The translations under genes and the position numbers were made by a program. A model generated the notes under the pieces. That model worked only from the letters and a program-made list of their open reading frames with translations. It had not been told where the DNA came from and did no database searches. A stretch of DNA of 31,938 nt, taken from contig CAZJEY010000001.1 in the NCBI GenBank assembly GCA_964545135.1, positions 1 through 31,938 of the forward strand, read 5' to 3'. Shown one piece after another: positions 26,500-31,938 of this stretch (position 1 is the first letter of the stretch; every line of letters begins with the position of its first letter). Source of the DNA: an uncultured Mycoplasma sp. (GTDB lineage: Bacteria; Bacillota_I; Bacilli_A; RF39; UBA660).

Positions 26500-26558
26500 A
26501 AAAGTTACTCCCTTCTACTTTAATATTACCACATTAAAGTATATTAAAGCAATAGATT

Positions 26559-27242
26559 TTAATCTCGATCATTAAAAATATATAACAATCTTAATATTTG
26601 GAGAATACTAGTTAATACCCCTGCTACGTAAGTCATAGCAGCTGCACCTAATACCTTTTTTACACCTGAATTTTCTTCTTCACTAGCAATATTTAATTTA
26701 TATAATTCTTGTTTAGCTCTTTTGCTAGCATCAAATTCAACAGGTAAGGTTACCAATTGAAATATTAATCCACAACCAGTTAATGCAATACCTACCATTA
26801 TTAATTTAAACATAGCAGTAATAATACCAATAAGTATTATAAAATAAGAGAACTGTGTTGCTACATTAACAATTGGATAAATAAAAGAACGTATTCTCAT
26901 AAAAGTATAACCATCTTTATCTTGAATAGCATGACCACATTCATGTGCTGCAATACTCATACTAGATATACTTGTACCATGAAAGACATTATGACTTAGT
27001 CTTAATACTTTTCTTGATGGGTCATAATGATCGGACAAAGTACCGGGAGTTTCAACTATATGGATATTATTTAATCCATTACTATCTAATATTTTTCTTG
27101 CCACTTCAAAACCGGTTAAACTAGATTTTGATTCATATGTTAAATATTTATTATAGTTTAACGACACCCTTAATTGTGCAATTAATGGTATAGCAAAAAT
27201 TATTAATATTAAAAAATTATCAACTATATAATTATATTCCAT
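26559..27242 (-). CDS. Membrane zinc metallopeptidase, YugP family
   Basis: LTGFEVAR, LSDHYDP, AAHECGHAIQD, TLPVEFDASKRA, AAMTYVA. Confidence 0.9.
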   Translation of the reverse strand: MEYNYIVDNFLILIIFAIPLIAQLRVSLNYNKYLTYESKSSLTGFEVARKILDSNGLNNIHIVETPGTLSDHYDPSRKVLRLSHNVFHGTSISSMSIAAHECGHAIQDKDGYTFMRIRSFIYPIVNVATQFSYFIILIGIITAMFKLIMVGIALTGCGLIFQLVTLPVEFDASKRAKQELYKLNIASEEENSGVKKVLGAAAMTYVAGVLTSILQILRLLYIFNDRD

Positions 27243-28628
27243 TTATTCAACCTCGTATGTTGTACCTTCCCTAGTATCTTTCAAGATAATACCTATATTC
27301 TTTAATTCATCTCTTATTTGGTCAGCTTTTTGATAGTCTTTATTCTTTTTAGCGATATTTCTTTCTTTAATCTTTTCTAAGACATAGTCTTCATCAACTA
27401 TTTGTTCTTCTTTTTTTAATAAATCTAATGATAATACTTCATCAAAGCTTTTTATTAATTCATATTTTGTAATATCATTTATATCACATTTTAATACATC
27501 ATATAATAAAGTAATTGCATTGGCTGTGTTTAAATCATCTTCTAAACAACTTTTAAATTTATTATTAAATTCATTATATTTTATTTCATCAATTTCGCCT
27601 TCAATATTTAGAAGAGCTATTTTCTTCTTTAGTTTTTTATAAGCATTTTCTACTCCCCTAAGAGACTCAAAACTAAAAGTAAGTTGTTTACGATAATGAC
27701 TTTGTAAACACATTAAACGATAGCTTAACGGGTTAAATCCTTGTTCTATTAAAGTGTCAATAGTAAGTGTTTTTCCTTTACTCTTACTCATTTTGCCACT
27801 CTCATCATTTAAATGCTCGCCATGAACCCAGTATTTACACCATTTATGACCTAAATAACCTTCTGATTGAGCAATTTCGTTAGTATGGTGTGGAAAAATA
27901 TTATCAACTCCACCACAATGAATATCTAAATATTCTCCTAAATATTTTAATGAAATCCCACTGCATTCAATATGCCATCCTGGATAACCTTCGCCAAAAG
28001 GACTAGGCCATTTTAATTCTTGAGCATCAAATTTTGATTTAGTAAACCATAAAACAAAATCGTTTTTATTCTTTTTATTTTCATCAACTTCTACTGTATC
28101 TCTTACACCTTCTAATAAATCATCTTCTGTATTGTTAGTTAATACATGATATTTTGCTAATTTAGATGTATCAAAATAAACATTACCCCCACATTTATAA
28201 GCATAACCATTAGATAATAATTTTTCTATTATCTTAATATATTCATCAATATTCTCTGTAGCTGGACTGATAATATCTGGCTTTTTAATATTCAATTTTT
28301 CCATATCTTGAAAAAATGCTTCAGTATAAAATTGGGCAATTTCTAAGACACTTTTATGAGCTTTTTTAGCACTACTAACCATCTTATCTTCACCTGTATC
28401 ACTATCGCTTTGTAAATGGCCAACATCCGTAATGTTCATACATCTTTTTACCTTATAACCTAAATAATTTAAAGATTTTTCTAAAATATCTTCTGCAATA
28501 TATGTTCTTAAATTACCTATATGTGCATAATGATATACTGTTGGTCCACAAGTATACATGGTTACATAATCTTTATTCCAAGGAATAAACTCTTCAACTT
28601 GATGAGTTAATGTATTATATATACGCAT
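27243..28628 (-). CDS. cysS: Cysteine--tRNA ligase
   Basis: YTCGPTVY..AHIGN, GYPGWHIECS, DIHCGG.D..FPHH.NE, KMSKS. Confidence 0.97.
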   Translation of the reverse strand: MRIYNTLTHQVEEFIPWNKDYVTMYTCGPTVYHYAHIGNLRTYIAEDILEKSLNYLGYKVKRCMNITDVGHLQSDSDTGEDKMVSSAKKAHKSVLEIAQFYTEAFFQDMEKLNIKKPDIISPATENIDEYIKIIEKLLSNGYAYKCGGNVYFDTSKLAKYHVLTNNTEDDLLEGVRDTVEVDENKKNKNDFVLWFTKSKFDAQELKWPSPFGEGYPGWHIECSGISLKYLGEYLDIHCGGVDNIFPHHTNEIAQSEGYLGHKWCKYWVHGEHLNDESGKMSKSKGKTLTIDTLIEQGFNPLSYRLMCLQSHYRKQLTFSFESLRGVENAYKKLKKKIALLNIEGEIDEIKYNEFNNKFKSCLEDDLNTANAITLLYDVLKCDINDITKYELIKSFDEVLSLDLLKKEEQIVDEDYVLEKIKERNIAKKNKDYQKADQIRDELKNIGIILKDTREGTTYEVE

Positions 28629-28639
28629 AAATTTTCCTC

Positions 28640-30058
28640 CTAACTTAATCTATCAATTACTTTTTCCTTACCAATAAGATAGATTTCATCTGGCAATTCT
28701 GGACCATGTTCTACACCACTAATTTTTATTCTTATTGGCATATATAACAATTTTCCTTTAACACCAGTTTTTTCTTTAACAATATTAATAACATTAGCAA
28801 TATCTTCTACATGCCATTCTTTTAAGTTAGCAAGTTCTTCCTTATAACAATTAATAACCTCATTAATCATAGGATCACTTTCTAAAAATTCTTGGTTCTC
28901 TTTACTTATATTTATCTCATCATTAAAGAAAATATTTACAACATCATTAATTTCTTTTCCATAAGAAATATGATCTTTATAAATTAATAATAATTTATTT
29001 ATCCATTCTTCACTTTTATTAGTAACATCATGATTTAAGAATGGTTTTATATAATTAATATATTCTTCATCACTTAAAGATTTAATATATTTTTGATTAA
29101 ACCATTGTAATTTTTTTATATCATATGTAGCTGGTGATTTACTAATTCTTTTAGGATTAAATACTTTTATTAATTCTTCCATACTATATATTTCTTGATT
29201 AGTTTCTGGACTCCAGCCAAGTAATACTAAGTAATTAATTATAGCTTCTGGTAAATAACCTTCATTATATAAATCCATAAATGATGCATCACCATTTCTT
29301 TTGGATAACTTATTGCCATCACTACCTAAAACCATTGGAACGTGAATATAGGTTGGCATTTCCCAACCAAATGCTTCATAAAGCAAATTATATTTAGGAG
29401 TTTGACTTAAATATTCATTTCCTCTTATTACATGAGTAATATTCATTAAATGATCATCTATAACATTAGCAAAATTATAGGTAGGATAGCCATCACTTTT
29501 AATAAGTATTTGATCTTCTAATACTTTATTTTCAACTTTTATTTCACCATATACTAAGTCATTTACTATACTTATTCCTTCTTTAGGCATTTTTTGCCTG
29601 ATTACATAAGGTGTATTATTTTTTAATTTTTCAGCTATTTCTTCTTGAGATAATTTGCTACATCTTCCATCATACAAAAAAGCAACTTTATCTTCTTCAG
29701 CTTTCTTACGCATTTTAATTAAATCATCTTCAGTACAAAAGCAATAATAAGCCTTACCATTTTCGACTAATTTATTAGCATAATCTTGATATATTTTTAA
29801 TCTTTCACTTTGGATATAAGGACCATATTCACCAGGATTATTTGGGCCTTCACTAATATCAATATTACATATTTTTAAAGTATCATATATAAAATCAATT
29901 GCACCATCAACTTTTCTAGTTAAATCAGTATCTTCAATTCTCAAAATAAAATCACCATTTTCATGTTTAGCGGTTAAATATTCAAAAATTGCTGTTCTTA
30001 AATTCCCTATATGCATATACCCTGTTGGACTAGGCGCAAATCTTGTTCTAACTTTCAT
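28640..30058 (-). CDS. gltX: Glutamate--tRNA ligase
   Basis: RTRFAPSPTG.MHIGN, LRIEDTD, PTYNFA, THVIRG, KLSKR. Confidence 0.97.
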   Translation of the reverse strand: MKVRTRFAPSPTGYMHIGNLRTAIFEYLTAKHENGDFILRIEDTDLTRKVDGAIDFIYDTLKICNIDISEGPNNPGEYGPYIQSERLKIYQDYANKLVENGKAYYCFCTEDDLIKMRKKAEEDKVAFLYDGRCSKLSQEEIAEKLKNNTPYVIRQKMPKEGISIVNDLVYGEIKVENKVLEDQILIKSDGYPTYNFANVIDDHLMNITHVIRGNEYLSQTPKYNLLYEAFGWEMPTYIHVPMVLGSDGNKLSKRNGDASFMDLYNEGYLPEAIINYLVLLGWSPETNQEIYSMEELIKVFNPKRISKSPATYDIKKLQWFNQKYIKSLSDEEYINYIKPFLNHDVTNKSEEWINKLLLIYKDHISYGKEINDVVNIFFNDEINISKENQEFLESDPMINEVINCYKEELANLKEWHVEDIANVINIVKEKTGVKGKLLYMPIRIKISGVEHGPELPDEIYLIGKEKVIDRLS

Positions 30059-30132
30059 AAAATCACTTCCTTTACTTATTTTAGCATAAATTACTAAATA
30101 AAAAAAGATAGCATAAAACTACCATTTTTTTA

Positions 30133-31899
30133 TTAATCTTTTATCATAGATAAAGAAACCTTACCTTTTTCTAAATTAATATCATCTACATAAACAGTAA
30201 TAATATCACCTACGCTTAGTAATTCAGAAGGATGCTTAATAAAATCCTTAGTCATTTTAGAAATATGTACTAAGCCATCATTCTTTATACCAATGTCAAT
30301 AAAACATCCAAAATCAACAACATTTCGAACCGTTCCTTCTAATTTCATACCAACTTTTAAATCTTCAAGATGCAATACATCACTTCTTAAAAGTGGCTTA
30401 GGTAGCATATCTCTTGGATCTCGATTAGGTTTTTTTAATGATTCTATTATATCATTTAACGTATAAGAATCAATTTTTAAATTGTTGATAACTGCCTCTT
30501 TATCAACATTATCTAAGATATTAATAATTTCAGGTTTACCAATTATTTCTTTTGATATATTTAAATATTTTAAAAATTTATTTGTATCATTATAACTTTC
30601 TGGATGAATACTAGTTTCGTCTAAAATGTTTTTTGCATCTTGAATTCTTAAAAACCCTATTGCTTGTTCATATACTTTACTACTTAAGACTTTTTCTTTT
30701 AATAATTCTTCCCTAGTTTCAATTCTTTTCTTACTGCTACGATACTTTAATAATTTATCTATGCTACTTTTAGTAAGACCAGAAACATACTTTAATATAG
30801 AAGGACTAGCAGTATTTAAATTAACGCCTACTTGATTTACTACTTTTAATACCGTAAAATTTAATGACTCTTTTAAACTTTTTTCTGTAACATCATGTTG
30901 ATAAAGTCCAACACCAATACTTTCAGGATCTATTTTTACAAGTTCTGATAACGGATCGGAAAGTCTTCTCCCAATAGAAATAGCACTTCTTTCTTCAACA
31001 TGAAGATTGGGAAATTCACTTATAGCAAGTTTACTAGCTGAATATACAGACGCTCCAGCTTCATTTACAATTATATACTCAACTGGTCTTTTAGAACTTT
31101 TTATAACATCAGCAATAAAACTTTCGCTTTCTCTTGATGCTGTTCCATTACCAATAGCAATAACATCAATGTTAAACTTTTCAATTAAATTTAACACTTT
31201 TTCTTTAGCTTTTTCATATTCGTTTTTGGGCTCATGAGGATAAATAACATCGATTTTAAGAGGTTCGCCAATTTTATTTAAAACTGCTAATTTACAACCC
31301 GTTCTATATGCTGGATCAAAACCTAAAATATTTTTTTCTTTAATAGGTGGTGCCATCAATAATTTTTCTAAATTAGTACTAAAGTTGTTTATTGCTACTT
31401 CTTCAGCTTTTTCTTTTAAATCAGCACGTATTTCTCTTTCAATACTAGGACTAATTAATCTTTTATATGAGTCATTTATAGCATCACAAACAATCTCTTT
31501 TATTTCAAGATTTGATTTATCTTTAACAAATCGATTTTCAAGATTAAGAATAATATTACTACTATCTATATCTATACTAACTTTTAATATATCTTCTTTT
31601 TCACCACGATTAATTGCTAAAACACGATAAAGTTTAATATGTTTAACTTGTTCCTTAAAATCATAATACATTTCATAAACTTTGGTTTCATCTGCACTAC
31701 TTTTTTTCTTTTTGCTCACTAAATAACCATTATTATAAGTATAATTTCTAATATACTTTCTAATATTAGCATTATCACTAACCCATTCAGCAATTATATA
31801 TTTAGCTCCTTCTATTGCCATATCCACAGTTTTAACATTATCATTTAAAAATTTCTTTGCTGTTTCATTTACATCATTTATTTTGAAATACATAATCAT
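30133..31899 (-). CDS. tex: Tex/YhgF transcription accessory protein (RuvC-like, HhH and S1 domains); 5' part beyond the window and interrupted by an in-frame TAA at 31912-31914
   Basis: GFDPAYRTGCK, GNGTASRESE, EAGASVYSAS, IGVGLYQHDV, S1 domain VRNVVDFGCFIDIG. Confidence 0.9.
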   Translation of the reverse strand: MIMYFKINDVNETAKKFLNDNVKTVDMAIEGAKYIIAEWVSDNANIRKYIRNYTYNNGYLVSKKKKSSADETKVYEMYYDFKEQVKHIKLYRVLAINRGEKEDILKVSIDIDSSNIILNLENRFVKDKSNLEIKEIVCDAINDSYKRLISPSIEREIRADLKEKAEEVAINNFSTNLEKLLMAPPIKEKNILGFDPAYRTGCKLAVLNKIGEPLKIDVIYPHEPKNEYEKAKEKVLNLIEKFNIDVIAIGNGTASRESESFIADVIKSSKRPVEYIIVNEAGASVYSASKLAISEFPNLHVEERSAISIGRRLSDPLSELVKIDPESIGVGLYQHDVTEKSLKESLNFTVLKVVNQVGVNLNTASPSILKYVSGLTKSSIDKLLKYRSSKKRIETREELLKEKVLSSKVYEQAIGFLRIQDAKNILDETSIHPESYNDTNKFLKYLNISKEIIGKPEIINILDNVDKEAVINNLKIDSYTLNDIIESLKKPNRDPRDMLPKPLLRSDVLHLEDLKVGMKLEGTVRNVVDFGCFIDIGIKNDGLVHISKMTKDFIKHPSELLSVGDIITVYVDDINLEKGKVSLSMIKD

Positions 31900-31938
31900 T
31901 TTAGAAAATGGTTAAAGTCCATTATTAATTTCTTTTGT

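Noticed and set aside
28629-30132. T-box for gltX/cysS
   Set aside because: No T-box motif in the 11-bp or 74-bp intergenic gaps; only an RBS and a weak terminator hairpin.
1927-31630. Short opposite-strand or overlapping track ORFs (1927+, 5728+, 8038+, 9217-, 11470+, 12085+, 14195+, 14245+, 18598+, 21179+, 22027+, 31007+, 31385+)
   Set aside because: They are shadows of well-supported genes on the other strand, with I/L/F/S-rich antisense composition and no motifs.
1-31938. CRISPR arrays, integrases, transposases, rRNA, alternative genetic code
   Set aside because: No regularly spaced repeats or mobile-element motifs were seen. Long genes are open under code 11 with TGG for Trp.

Overview
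A very AT-rich (about a quarter GC by eye) chromosomal segment from a low-GC Bacillota member using the standard genetic code. Gene content and compactness suggest a reduced-genome gut Bacilli lineage such as RF39, but that is inference. Most genes are on the minus strand. Housekeeping genes: trmB, leuS (behind a Leu T-box), murE, uvrB, tdk, an M29 aminopeptidase, a YugP-like peptidase, cysS, gltX, tex and tRNA-Gly(TCC). Accessory content: (1) two small sporulation-type genes, one of them a Cse60 homologue missing from the ORF track; (2) a GH31 with an altered catalytic motif; (3) an overlapping three-gene lipid operon made of a stand-alone E2/CAT-fold acyltransferase with His->Glu at the canonical catalytic site, an acyl-CoA ligase and PlsC, which is my best candidate for an undescribed system; (4) a variable region after the tRNA with a pseudogene and a PBECR4-like nuclease paired with a small acidic protein; (5) an AbrB-regulated ABC-2 exporter with a 3x9-bp operator; (6) a non-canonical Fic protein (His->Gln) divergent from uvrB. 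No integrase, transposase or CRISPR array was seen. All family calls come from motif recognition without database searches.
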